Notes: generated by a model not told the origin, from the sequence alone. Counted from the first letter of the stretch, positions 28,510 through 37,629 are shown. The stretch: DNA of 37,677 nt from a virus (IMGVR_UViG_3300024324_000038:1-37677); one strand, 5' to 3'. A program made the numbers and translations.

Positions 28510-29631
28510 ATGAGCAATCGCTCAAAAGCGTTCTTTATTAACGGTGGTGCAGGTCGTGTTCTTTGTTCAATTCCAGCATTAGAAAAATACGAAAGAGAGT
28601 CTGGAGATAAGGATTTTGTCATTGTATGCGAAGGTGGTATGGAGTTTTATAAAGGACACCCCACATTACATAAACATGCATATGATTCTTGGCATAAAGG
28701 TTTATTTGAAAACCACTTAAAAGATAAAGATATAGTTTCTCCAGAACCATATAGGGTTTGGGATTACTATAACCAAAAGTGTTCTTTATCTGAAGGGTTT
28801 GATATTGAAATTAATGGCAGGAGTAGTGAAGAAAACACCATTTCCGACCCAGTTATCAAACTAACTAAAGCCGAGTCTATTCAAGGATATCAGGCTATTC
28901 AAGAAATTAAAGCAGGTACTGGCAAAGATAAGGTTTTAGTGATTCAACCATTCGGAAGGTCTGTTGTACAAGAAGGTGATTTTATATACGACCCTTCTTC
29001 ACGTTCTTTTGAACTTAGTAATATTAATGCACTTATCTACGAACTACGTACAGAGTATGCAGTTATTATTATGTCTGAAATTCAGATCCCATTAGAGAAA
29101 GACAATGAACATGCGACAGCACAACCACAAATACAAGACATTAGAATGTGGGCCTCAATTATCAGCAGTGCAGATCATTTCTTAGGATGTGATTCTGTTG
29201 GTCAACATATAGCAAAGGCTGTGGGCACTACAGCAACAATCGTTACTGGATCAACATACCCGATCAACATCACGTACCCTAACTACGAAGGTTTTGATAT
29301 AATTGATGTAGGAGAAGGACGTAGAGAATATTCTCCGATCCGCATATCTATGGATGATGAGCGAGATAGAGCCAACAACGATTGCATTTCAATGACACCC
29401 GACCAAGAGGTAGAAGTGTTAGAGTCTTGTATTAAGTTTATGGGCAAAGGTGAATTATTTACAGGAGAAGTTAATACAACAAAAACAGACAGTGGGTGTT
29501 GTAGTTCAGGGAAACCTGTTATGACGGATGTTGGGACATACCCAACATATGATATGTCAAAAGGTAATGCAGAAGGGCTACTAACATCAAACAGTGCTGC
29601 TGATGTAATGAATAACAACGAAGAAGGATAA
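28510..29631 (+). CDS. GT-B glycosyltransferase, GT9 (ADP-heptose heptosyltransferase)-like
   Basis: GGAGRVLCSIPAL (cf. the GT9 GxGD motif), VLVIQPFG and IISSADHFLGCDSVGQHIAKAVG...VTGST (cf. DSGxxHxAxA). Confidence 0.7.
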   Translation: MSNRSKAFFINGGAGRVLCSIPALEKYERESGDKDFVIVCEGGMEFYKGHPTLHKHAYDSWHKGLFENHLKDKDIVSPEPYRVWDYYNQKCSLSEGFDIEINGRSSEENTISDPVIKLTKAESIQGYQAIQEIKAGTGKDKVLVIQPFGRSVVQEGDFIYDPSSRSFELSNINALIYELRTEYAVIIMSEIQIPLEKDNEHATAQPQIQDIRMWASIISSADHFLGCDSVGQHIAKAVGTTATIVTGSTYPINITYPNYEGFDIIDVGEGRREYSPIRISMDDERDRANNDCISMTPDQEVEVLESCIKFMGKGELFTGEVNTTKTDSGCCSSGKPVMTDVGTYPTYDMSKGNAEGLLTSNSAADVMNNNEEG

Positions 29632-29637
29632 TATATT

Positions 29638-31410
29638 ATGAGTCAGTGGATTGCAGGTATTGCTAGAGGTCACAATGGTGGTGTGTGTTTGTTAAAAGAC
29701 GGAGAGATTGTTTTTGCTATTGAGGAAGAGCGTCTAAGTCGTAAGAAGTATGATGGTGGACCTTTTGCTTCAATTGTTAAAATCTTAGAATATACAGATA
29801 AGTTAGATTACTTAGTTATATCTCACACACAACCAGATACGAGTCGTGTAGACTTTTCGGGTGGTGATGTATATACAGGTCTTGCGATGAAACTAAAGTT
29901 GATTGAGGATGATAATCAGGTGTTTATGATGGATAAATGGCATCATAAAATGCACGCATCTTGTGCATTTTATAGGTCCGGATTTGATTCTGCGTGTGCT
30001 GTTATTGTAGATGGTGCAGGTACGTTTATTCCTATGAATATTAACGGACAGGAAGAGATGACTTGGGAGTTAGAGTCTATTATCAAATGCAGCTATCCTG
30101 CTAACTTTAAAACATTATACAAGCACCAAGGCGGCAGAGGGCCATGGCCTGGTACTAATATCAAAGATCTAGCAGCCGATCGCGAGGGTGAGTCAGGGGA
30201 TTTTGAATTAATTTTAGATGACAGTGCGGGTATCGTTAAAGCATATGAAGCAGTAACTCAGTATTGTGGTTGGCAGCCTATTGAAGCAGGAAAGACTATG
30301 GGTTTGTTTCCATACGGCAAACCTAATGACGAAATTCCAGATATATACACAGATAGAGATGGTGCTAAATGGAAGACCACAGATAGAAACTTTGTCATCC
30401 CAACGTATCCTAACGGAGCCATAATAAACACAGGCAGATACGGTGTATTGGAATCTGATATTGAAGACGGAGATGACCTTACTTTACTACAAAACCGTAG
30501 AGATATGGCATACGCAGTACAGACCGAATCTCAACAGATGGTACTTGATTTAATTCGTAAAGCAGTTAAGATGAGTGGAGAGAAAAACGTAGTTATTTCT
30601 GGTGGTTATGGATTAAACTGTGTTGCTAACTACTGGTACTTAGAGCAATTGAAAGACGAAGATATTAATATTTACGTAGAACCAATTTCAAACGATGCAG
30701 GAACTGCTATGGGTGCAGCTATGCTTGTTCATCATGTTAAAACCAATAGCAGTGTTAATAGAGGAATGGGTGAGTCTTTGTATCTTGGTCCAGTTCAAGA
30801 AGAAGAGATTGGGATTGTCGAAGCTATTGTAGAGAAATACAACGGTGTAGTTACTTACAACAAAACATCTAAAGATGCTGTTGATTTGATTATGAATGGA
30901 AATATTGTTACGTTGTTCCAAGACCGTTGTGAGAATGGTCCAAGAGCATTAGGCAACCGTTCTATCTTATTTGACCCACGTACTCAAGATGGAAAGGATT
31001 ACGTTAATAGTGTGAAACATCGTGAATACTTTAGACCTTTTGCTGGTTCAATTTTACACGAACACGCGCACGAATGGTTTGATATGAGAGGACTAGAAGA
31101 ATCTCCTCATATGATGTATGCTATGAATTGTCGACCTGGTGTTGAAGAAAAGATCCCTGCTATTATTCACGTTGATGGTACTTGTAGAATTCAGACTGTT
31201 AAAGAACATCAGAATCCAGTTTACTACGAGATGATCAAAGAGTTTTATGATCAAACAGGAGTACCGATTCTTTTCAACACATCATTCAACTTAGGTGGTG
31301 AACCACTAGTAGAAACTATTGACGATGCAGTTAGAACACTTAAAGACAGTGATATTGAATATTTGTATATTCCACATAATGGAATTATTATCGAGGTAAA
31401 GAATAGTTAG
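29638..31410 (+). CDS. O-carbamoyltransferase, NodU/CmcH/TobZ family
   Basis: EEERLSRKK, HHKMHA, VDGAG, GKTMGL, GGYGLNCVAN, NDAGTAMGAA, GPRALGNRS, KHREYFRPFA, HVDGTCRIQTV and NTSFNLGGEP. Confidence 0.95.
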   Translation: MSQWIAGIARGHNGGVCLLKDGEIVFAIEEERLSRKKYDGGPFASIVKILEYTDKLDYLVISHTQPDTSRVDFSGGDVYTGLAMKLKLIEDDNQVFMMDKWHHKMHASCAFYRSGFDSACAVIVDGAGTFIPMNINGQEEMTWELESIIKCSYPANFKTLYKHQGGRGPWPGTNIKDLAADREGESGDFELILDDSAGIVKAYEAVTQYCGWQPIEAGKTMGLFPYGKPNDEIPDIYTDRDGAKWKTTDRNFVIPTYPNGAIINTGRYGVLESDIEDGDDLTLLQNRRDMAYAVQTESQQMVLDLIRKAVKMSGEKNVVISGGYGLNCVANYWYLEQLKDEDINIYVEPISNDAGTAMGAAMLVHHVKTNSSVNRGMGESLYLGPVQEEEIGIVEAIVEKYNGVVTYNKTSKDAVDLIMNGNIVTLFQDRCENGPRALGNRSILFDPRTQDGKDYVNSVKHREYFRPFAGSILHEHAHEWFDMRGLEESPHMMYAMNCRPGVEEKIPAIIHVDGTCRIQTVKEHQNPVYYEMIKEFYDQTGVPILFNTSFNLGGEPLVETIDDAVRTLKDSDIEYLYIPHNGIIIEVKNS

Positions 31411-31509
31411 AGTAATACATCAACATTAAACAATATAAGAAGGGGAATTTATAGTGAACGCAAATTGCATTGTGAATTTTATTATTAAAGACAAGGTTAG
31501 GAGAAGAAA

Positions 31510-32502
31510 ATGATTATAGTAACAGGTGGTGCGGGTTTTATCGGAAGTAGGTTAATTAAAGAACTCAATAATAGAGGGGTTGAAGACATTATTATAGTGG
31601 ACGATATGTCTAAATCTAATAAGTTCAAAAATATGTTAGATTTAAAATTTGAATCTTATATCGATAAACAAGAGTTGTTACGATTATTAACAATTGCAGA
31701 TTTCACCAACAATATTGGTATTATATATCACTACGGAGCAGAGTCCACAACAACGTGCGATGATGGCAAATACTTGATGCAGAATAATTATCAGTTTTCA
31801 AAAGAAATATTAGATTATTGTTATCATAACAACGTTCCTTTACAATTTGCCTCAAGCGCGGCGGTATATGGAGATAGTGATGAGTTTAACGACGAGATCG
31901 ATGAATATAAACCGAATAACCTATACGGATACACAAAACTTTTAATTGATAAAAGAATGAGACGAATGTTGTCCAAAACATCATTCAGAACTCCTATGCA
32001 ATCTCTTAGATTCTTTAATGTAATATCTGATGGAGAGTTTGAGCAACATAAGGAAGGAATGAAGTCCCCCACGGCTTGGATGAAAGATCAGCTAGATTCA
32101 ATTGACGGTCAAATTGAATTGTTTGAGGGTTCGGATGAAATCAAACGAGACTTCATCCATGTGGACGCAGTGATTGAAATGGCATTAGATATCATGCCAC
32201 CGAATATTGAAGGTTTTACAACTCAAGGAATATTTAACATCGGAACAGGAGAATCTAAGAGTTTTAAAGATGTCGCCGAGGCAATGATTGCTAATAATAA
32301 TTCAGGAAAAATAGTGAACGTTCCTATGCCCAAGAATATTGCCAAAGGATACCAACATTACACTTGCGCCGACATGAGTAATTATGCAGATAGAGTAGAG
32401 GACGGGATGCCTCCTCCTAAGGAAATATCCATAGAAGAACGTTTAAAAAAATACCCAAAAAATCAAGATAACTCAAACGCACCACAACATATTCTTAAAT
32501 AG
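31510..32502 (+). CDS. hldD: ADP-L-glycero-D-manno-heptose 6-epimerase
   Basis: MIIVTGGAGFIGS, GAESTTT, MQNNYQFSK, ASSAAVYG, YGYTK catalytic motif, LRFFNV...EQHK, RDFIHV and YQHYTCAD. Confidence 0.9.
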   Translation: MIIVTGGAGFIGSRLIKELNNRGVEDIIIVDDMSKSNKFKNMLDLKFESYIDKQELLRLLTIADFTNNIGIIYHYGAESTTTCDDGKYLMQNNYQFSKEILDYCYHNNVPLQFASSAAVYGDSDEFNDEIDEYKPNNLYGYTKLLIDKRMRRMLSKTSFRTPMQSLRFFNVISDGEFEQHKEGMKSPTAWMKDQLDSIDGQIELFEGSDEIKRDFIHVDAVIEMALDIMPPNIEGFTTQGIFNIGTGESKSFKDVAEAMIANNNSGKIVNVPMPKNIAKGYQHYTCADMSNYADRVEDGMPPPKEISIEERLKKYPKNQDNSNAPQHILK

Positions 32503-32848
32503 TCTGGCTGTCTCCAGGGCGAATACGGTAGTTATCTTCAACTGAATCTTTTGATGAAACTTCCATAATTACTGTATCGTCTTCCAAACAAGTTACTTGA
32601 TGGGGGGTGAATGGTTCAATACGAATCTTCTCCCCTTTTTCAATTATAACAAATGATGTTGAAGAATCACTCAAGTCCATCAATTCAACTTTGATACTAC
32701 CACTTAGGATTTTCCAAGTTTCGTCTTTCACTTTATGAAAATGCATAGAGGACTTATGTCCTTTCTTTTCAAAGTGCAACTCTTTCATACAATATAAATC
32801 ATTACTTTCAATGATTTCTTCGTGTCCCCAACCCTTTTTAATTATCAT
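32495..32848 (-). CDS. Cupin-fold protein (mannose-6-phosphate isomerase-like)
   Basis: KGWGHE, SSMHFHKVKDETW, PFTPHQ and MEVSS...DNYRI; start overlaps the hldE stop. Confidence 0.85.
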   Translation of the reverse strand: MIIKKGWGHEEIIESNDLYCMKELHFEKKGHKSSMHFHKVKDETWKILSGSIKVELMDLSDSSTSFVIIEKGEKIRIEPFTPHQVTCLEDDTVIMEVSSKDSVEDNYRIRPGDSQTI

Positions 32849-34085
32849 TTTTAATCCTATCTATTACACTCGTTGTACTCTTTCCTTCTAGCGTTGGAAA
32901 AATTACTACTTCATCAACTATATCATGACCCACAACAGTTTCTACTGTGTAGTCACCACCTTTCACGATGACGTTTGTTTTTAACTCTTTAATCAAATCG
33001 ATTGGAGTATCGTCGTCAAATATAATAACTTCGTCCACTCCCTCAATACTTTCTAATACTACCTTTCTTTCTTGCTCATTGTTGATTGGTTTTCTTTTGA
33101 TTCTTTCAACAGATTTATCTGAATTCAATCCAACAATTAACCTATTACCTAACTTGGCAGATTCTTTTAGTAAGGCGATATGTCCACTATGAATGATATC
33201 GAAACAACCGTTAGTAAACACAACTTTTTCTACAACGTCTTCGTATATGGGGATTGATGTTCCCACTTTACCAACTACAACACCAGCTGCTCTGTTTGCC
33301 TTTCTCATAGCACTTTCAACCCCTTCGTGTAGGAACGACGCAAACGTCGCTATAACAGTGTCTCCTGCTCCCGTCACATCAAAGACTTCTTTTGCTTCGG
33401 AATCTAAACTAATTATTTCCCCACCTTTACCTACCCAAGTCATACCATCGGCACCGAGAGTAACAAGTATTCCTTGTAAGTCTAATTCTATAACAGTCAT
33501 TAATGCTCGGTCAACGGAAAATTCACCATACACTTCTTCAAACTCTTTCTTGTTAGGAGTTAAACAATACGCACCGCTGTATTTGAACCAATCAGTTCCT
33601 TTGGGGTCTATAATAACAGGTACATCAAAACCCATTAGATATTCTAAATATTCGCTGTGAATTGTTCCTTTATTATAATCAGAAACGATTATTACATCTG
33701 GAGTATTTTCAAGTTTATTTGTATATGGGTATGAGATATTCCCGTGGTCAACCCTGACTAATTGATGATTATCAGACATGATTCTAATCTTAGAAATAGT
33801 CTTATTTTCATACGAGTAACTGAAGTTAAATTTAACGTCATTTTCAGTCATTTTTTTGGTAATAATCATTGACGCATTGTCATACCCTACGCACCCTAGG
33901 CTCGTCACCTTGGAACAAAACGTCCTTGATGTAAGAGCAACGTTAGCTGCTCCACCAAGTACGTGAGATACGGAGATACCGTCTACTATCGGCACTGGAG
34001 CTTCTGGGGATATTCTGGTACTGGTTCCATTCCAGTATTCGTCTAGCATTACATCACCAACAACGACTATATTCTTTTCATTCAT
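32838..34085 (-). CDS. hldE: Bifunctional heptose-7-phosphate kinase / heptose-1-phosphate adenylyltransferase
   Basis: GDVMLDEY, RISPEAPVP, GGAANVA and DVTGAGD (PfkB kinase), then FTNGCFDIIHSGH, GLNSDKSV, KGGDY and GKSTT (nucleotidyltransferase). ATG at 34085 preferred over TTG at 34091. Confidence 0.95.
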   Translation of the reverse strand: MNEKNIVVVGDVMLDEYWNGTSTRISPEAPVPIVDGISVSHVLGGAANVALTSRTFCSKVTSLGCVGYDNASMIITKKMTENDVKFNFSYSYENKTISKIRIMSDNHQLVRVDHGNISYPYTNKLENTPDVIIVSDYNKGTIHSEYLEYLMGFDVPVIIDPKGTDWFKYSGAYCLTPNKKEFEEVYGEFSVDRALMTVIELDLQGILVTLGADGMTWVGKGGEIISLDSEAKEVFDVTGAGDTVIATFASFLHEGVESAMRKANRAAGVVVGKVGTSIPIYEDVVEKVVFTNGCFDIIHSGHIALLKESAKLGNRLIVGLNSDKSVERIKRKPINNEQERKVVLESIEGVDEVIIFDDDTPIDLIKELKTNVIVKGGDYTVETVVGHDIVDEVVIFPTLEGKSTTSVIDRIKNDN

Positions 34086-34103
34086 TCGCAAGCTCTTATT
34101 TTA

Positions 34104-34111
34104 TATAAATA
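34104..34111 (+). promoter_or_regulatory. T4-type late promoter box in the divergent intergenic region
   Basis: Exact TATAAATA. Confidence 0.7.
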
Positions 34112-34160
34112 GTATAATTACGTAAATATGTATAATACATTAAAAACAAGGACATTCCCA

Positions 34161-34415
34161 ATGGAAGATTTAAACAACATTAGGGACTCTATTGATATTA
34201 TGAAAGAACGAATCACTCGCCTCGAAGAAAAGATGAAGACTGTTTATCACAGAACACAACGCATCGAGGATAAGTTGGATAAGTTGATTGAGCAAGGACA
34301 GGGTCAAAATATAGACATTGCAACAAATCAAATTCAAATCGGAAATGGTGAGAGAATGTTTTGGCTTGTGGCGTCCGCAGTAATTGGATTAGTTATGTAT
34401 TGGTTAAAGGGTTAA
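34161..34415 (+). CDS. Small coiled-coil protein with C-terminal transmembrane helix (XhlA/holin-like architecture)
   Basis: ERITRLEEK...IEDKLDKL coiled coil and MFWLVASAVIGLVMYWL helix. ATG 34161 has an AAGGA SD; the ORF track starts at 34128. Confidence 0.6.
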   Translation: MEDLNNIRDSIDIMKERITRLEEKMKTVYHRTQRIEDKLDKLIEQGQGQNIDIATNQIQIGNGERMFWLVASAVIGLVMYWLKG

Positions 34416-34419
34416 TATT

Positions 34420-34773
34420 ATGATTGAATTATTATTTGATTTTGAGATGTTTTTAAGTATTATGGTATCCACATTAGGTTTCGGTGGATTCTTTTTCACA
34501 CTGAAACATAGAAAGTTTTATTCTGTGTGGGCAAGGTCATCAATATTATTGGGGTCGTTGACTTCATTTTTACACCTATACAACTTTGAATATATCAGAG
34601 AAACTTTGTTGATGTCTGAATATGCTATGCTTTGTATATTAGTAGAGACAATGTTTAGTTTATCTATATTACTATTCACATTTACTATATTAAGGTTCAA
34701 ATGGAAATGGCAGGTTGACGTACATAATCACTGTACGGCAGCCGAATGTCCTCTTGTTCAAAAGTATAAATAG
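34420..34773 (+). CDS. Small membrane protein, three predicted transmembrane helices, function unknown
   Basis: Hydrophobic stretches FLSIMVSTLGFGGFFF, SILLGSLTSFLHLY and AMLCILVETMFSLSILLFTFTIL. Confidence 0.65.
   Translation: MIELLFDFEMFLSIMVSTLGFGGFFFTLKHRKFYSVWARSSILLGSLTSFLHLYNFEYIRETLLMSEYAMLCILVETMFSLSILLFTFTILRFKWKWQVDVHNHCTAAECPLVQKYK
34765..34772 (+). promoter_or_regulatory. T4-type late promoter box upstream of gp13
   Basis: Exact TATAAATA 22 nt before ATG 34795. Confidence 0.75.
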
Positions 34774-34794
34774 TATTAAAATAAGAGAGTTATT

Positions 34795-35673
34795 ATGGCA
34801 AAGGTACAATCAGCAACAGAATTAAAAGAATACGCATACCGTAGATTGGGTTATCCAAAGGTAGAAATACAAGTGGACGATACTCAGGCAATGGATCGTA
34901 TTGACGATGCTGTTCAATTATTCGTAGAACGACATTTTGATGGTGTTGAAGAAAAGTATATCACTATCACGTTTGATGCTACAGATGAAGCAAATCAGTA
35001 TATCACTATGCCAGATGATGTGATTGCCGTTACTCGCATTTACGAACCTGGAAGATATTCTTCAGAAGCAATGAGTGATGTTAGATATAAAATTATGTTT
35101 GACCAAATGTTCGATATGACTAAAGTTAGTATGCAATACTACGAAATGACTATGCAGAACCTTTCTATGATATCTGATTACTTTAATCCAGACAGAACAT
35201 TCACATTCAACAAAGCAAACAATCGTTTATATTCTCATTCTGGAACAATCTTAGGTCCATCTTGTAAAGTTAAAGGTGTTTGTTCTGATGTTGCGTTTAC
35301 GACTGATGCTACTTGTACTGCTGGTGCAGGAACTTGGACAGCATATTCTTCTGAGTCAGTTTGCGAAGCAGCTGGGTCATTGTGGTACGAAGGAAGTAAA
35401 ATGATGCTTCGTGGTTTTGTTGGTTTAAATCCAGACGAAACTGCTGGCTATGCTCTTGATGTATATAACGATGAGTGGATGAAGAAGTACACTACTGCTC
35501 TTATTAAGAAGCAGTGGGGTTCAAATATGAAACAATTTGACGGAATGCCATTACCTGGAGGAATCGTTGTTAATGGACAACAACTCTGGGATGAAGCAAA
35601 CGAAGAAATTCTAAGATTAGAAGAACAATTCTCGCTTGAGTATGAAATGCCAACTAACTTTTTGGTAGGTTAA
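34795..35673 (+). CDS. gp13: T4-like neck protein gp13
   Basis: ELKEYAYRRLGYP, ERHFDG, VYNDEWMKKYTTALIKKQWG and LPGGIVVNG. Confidence 0.93.
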   Translation: MAKVQSATELKEYAYRRLGYPKVEIQVDDTQAMDRIDDAVQLFVERHFDGVEEKYITITFDATDEANQYITMPDDVIAVTRIYEPGRYSSEAMSDVRYKIMFDQMFDMTKVSMQYYEMTMQNLSMISDYFNPDRTFTFNKANNRLYSHSGTILGPSCKVKGVCSDVAFTTDATCTAGAGTWTAYSSESVCEAAGSLWYEGSKMMLRGFVGLNPDETAGYALDVYNDEWMKKYTTALIKKQWGSNMKQFDGMPLPGGIVVNGQQLWDEANEEILRLEEQFSLEYEMPTNFLVG

Positions 35674-35677
35674 TCAA

Positions 35678-36289
35678 ATGGGTATGTTTGACAATATGTC
35701 CAAATCAACAATGATTAAGGATATGGTTGAAGAAATAGTAGAAACCATTGGATTCTCCGCTAAGTATCTACCACGTAAGTATAAAAACTTAGATCCAATT
35801 TTTGGAGAAGATCCAACAAGTCATTTTGATACGGTATGGACTTTGAATATTCTCGTAGACGAATATCAAGACTACGGTGATGTTGGAGATTTCTATTCTA
35901 AATTCGGTGTTCAAGTAACAGACGAAATGAAGGTGTCTTTTACTAAGAAATCATTTGCAGAGCAAACAGTTGCAACGGATGACGATATGCCGATTGCTGG
36001 AGACTTATTATACTTTGGAGACCTTGAGGCATTGTTTCAAGTATCGTTCGTAGGCAACGATTCTTCGTTCTACCCTACACCAGATGGCCCTCAACACGTA
36101 TGGCAATTAACCCTTAAACCTTGGGAATATGGTCATGAAGATATTGTTGTTGCTGATTCTGAGATAGAAGGACTAGAAGCAGATATTAAATCTAATTTGA
36201 ATAACGAATTAGGCACACCAGATTGGGATGTAGAAGACGACGATGTATTAAACTTCGAAGAAATGAACCCATTCGGAACAATAGGATAA
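35678..36289 (+). CDS. gp14: T4-like neck protein gp14
   Basis: YLPR, DPIFGED, FYSKFG, PIAGDLLYF and C-terminal FEEMNPFG; follows gp13. Confidence 0.9.
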   Translation: MGMFDNMSKSTMIKDMVEEIVETIGFSAKYLPRKYKNLDPIFGEDPTSHFDTVWTLNILVDEYQDYGDVGDFYSKFGVQVTDEMKVSFTKKSFAEQTVATDDDMPIAGDLLYFGDLEALFQVSFVGNDSSFYPTPDGPQHVWQLTLKPWEYGHEDIVVADSEIEGLEADIKSNLNNELGTPDWDVEDDDVLNFEEMNPFGTIG

Positions 36290-36293
36290 TATT

Positions 36294-37115
36294 ATGTTTG
36301 GAACTACTTGGTATCATGGAACTACACGTAAACTTATTGTAGCATTTGCGTCAGTATTTAATAACATTCACGTACAAAGAAAAGAATCAGACGGCACTTT
36401 AGTTACAGATATTAAAGTACCTATCGCATATGAGTCTCAAATGAAGTATATGGCGAGATTGATTAAAGATTCTAAAAAGAATAGACAAGTCCCTAGAATG
36501 GGATTTATCATGAATGGTATGGAGATAGACCCTGCACGTTCTATGAATCAAATGAACGAATTATCATTTGCACACGATTCAGACGATACTAAAATGCATA
36601 AGATTTATGCACCGATACCGTATAATTTTAACTTTACATTAGATGTTTATGTAGATTACATGGACGATGGTTTACAAATTATTGAACAAATCGTTCCTTA
36701 CTTTCAACCAGATTTTAACGTTGTTATTGAAGAAATCCCAGCATTGAATATAGAACGTGATATTCCTATTGTTCTCGGTGGAATCACAATGACTGATGAA
36801 TTTGAAGGTGAATTTGGCGAACACAGAATTGTCAATTGGACATTAGATTTTGTAATGAAAGGTTGGGTTTATCCTCCTGTTACCGATGCTAAAATTATTA
36901 AAGAAATTATTACTAATTACAAACTTGCTGGGGCAGATGGCGATTTTGATTTTTCAAACTCTCCTATTATGGAACAAGTTAGAGAATCGGTCAACCCGAT
37001 GACATCAGATGTTGATGACCCGTGGACAACTAAAGTCGAAGCAGGACACCCTGACAACCCTGATGACGCAACAGACGTTGATACTATGAGTGAAGTTAAG
37101 TGGCCAGTAGAGTAA
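36294..37115 (+). CDS. gp15: T4-like tail sheath stabilizer and completion protein gp15
   Basis: MFGTTWYH, IKVPIAY, VPRMGF, PIPYN, DDGLQIIEQIVPYFQP, RDIPIVL and WTLDF...YPP. Confidence 0.93.
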   Translation: MFGTTWYHGTTRKLIVAFASVFNNIHVQRKESDGTLVTDIKVPIAYESQMKYMARLIKDSKKNRQVPRMGFIMNGMEIDPARSMNQMNELSFAHDSDDTKMHKIYAPIPYNFNFTLDVYVDYMDDGLQIIEQIVPYFQPDFNVVIEEIPALNIERDIPIVLGGITMTDEFEGEFGEHRIVNWTLDFVMKGWVYPPVTDAKIIKEIITNYKLAGADGDFDFSNSPIMEQVRESVNPMTSDVDDPWTTKVEAGHPDNPDDATDVDTMSEVKWPVE

Positions 37116-37131
37116 ACAGTGAGATTATATT

Positions 37132-37629
37132 ATGACAAAGAAAACAGTGAACGAAAAATTAGACGATGAACTTTTAGGTTCGAGTGATATCATTATGGAG
37201 TTTGAAAATCCAGAAGAAATTATGGAGGCTGCAGAAATCGTTTTAGAAGAAACTAAAGCAATGTCTGAAAATAAAGAAAGAGGTATTGTCCCTAAAAGAG
37301 AAGTTGTGTCTAATGCTATGACAGGCGATTTAGACGATGACTATGAATTCGCAAGAGATAATTTATACAATCTAGTAGATAAAGGAAACGAAGCACTAGA
37401 AGGTATTATTAGTCTTGCGAAAGAAATGGAACACCCAAGAGCATACGAAGTTGCTTCTGGGTTAATTAAATCTGTTACAGATACAACGATGGAGTTGTTG
37501 AAGATGCAGAAAGAACTACAGATTATGAAAGGGGAAAAACCATCAGGCAACTCAACGACCAATAATAATTTATATGTTGGTTCTACTGCTGATTTACAAG
37601 CATTATTAAAGGGTAAAGATTTAAAATGA
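37132..37629 (+). CDS. gp16: T4-like terminase small subunit gp16
   Basis: DYEFARDNLY, EHPRAYEV and TNNNLYVGSTADLQALL. Confidence 0.93.
   Translation: MTKKTVNEKLDDELLGSSDIIMEFENPEEIMEAAEIVLEETKAMSENKERGIVPKREVVSNAMTGDLDDDYEFARDNLYNLVDKGNEALEGIISLAKEMEHPRAYEVASGLIKSVTDTTMELLKMQKELQIMKGEKPSGNSTTNNNLYVGSTADLQALLKGKDLK

Noticed and set aside
28510-34085. Cassette as bacterial contamination or a host LPS locus
   Set aside because: It is tightly flanked by phage structural genes and late boxes, with no integrase or IS ends visible.
34128-34140. Palindrome ATGTAT-A-ATACAT in the divergent region
   Set aside because: Short and AT-rich; not distinguishable from chance.
905-37562. Numerous short antisense or off-frame ORFs inside large genes (e.g. 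1695-2228, 13117-13626, 25555-25983, 33193-33660)
   Set aside because: They overlap well-supported genes and show no motifs or SD; typical codon-bias shadows.
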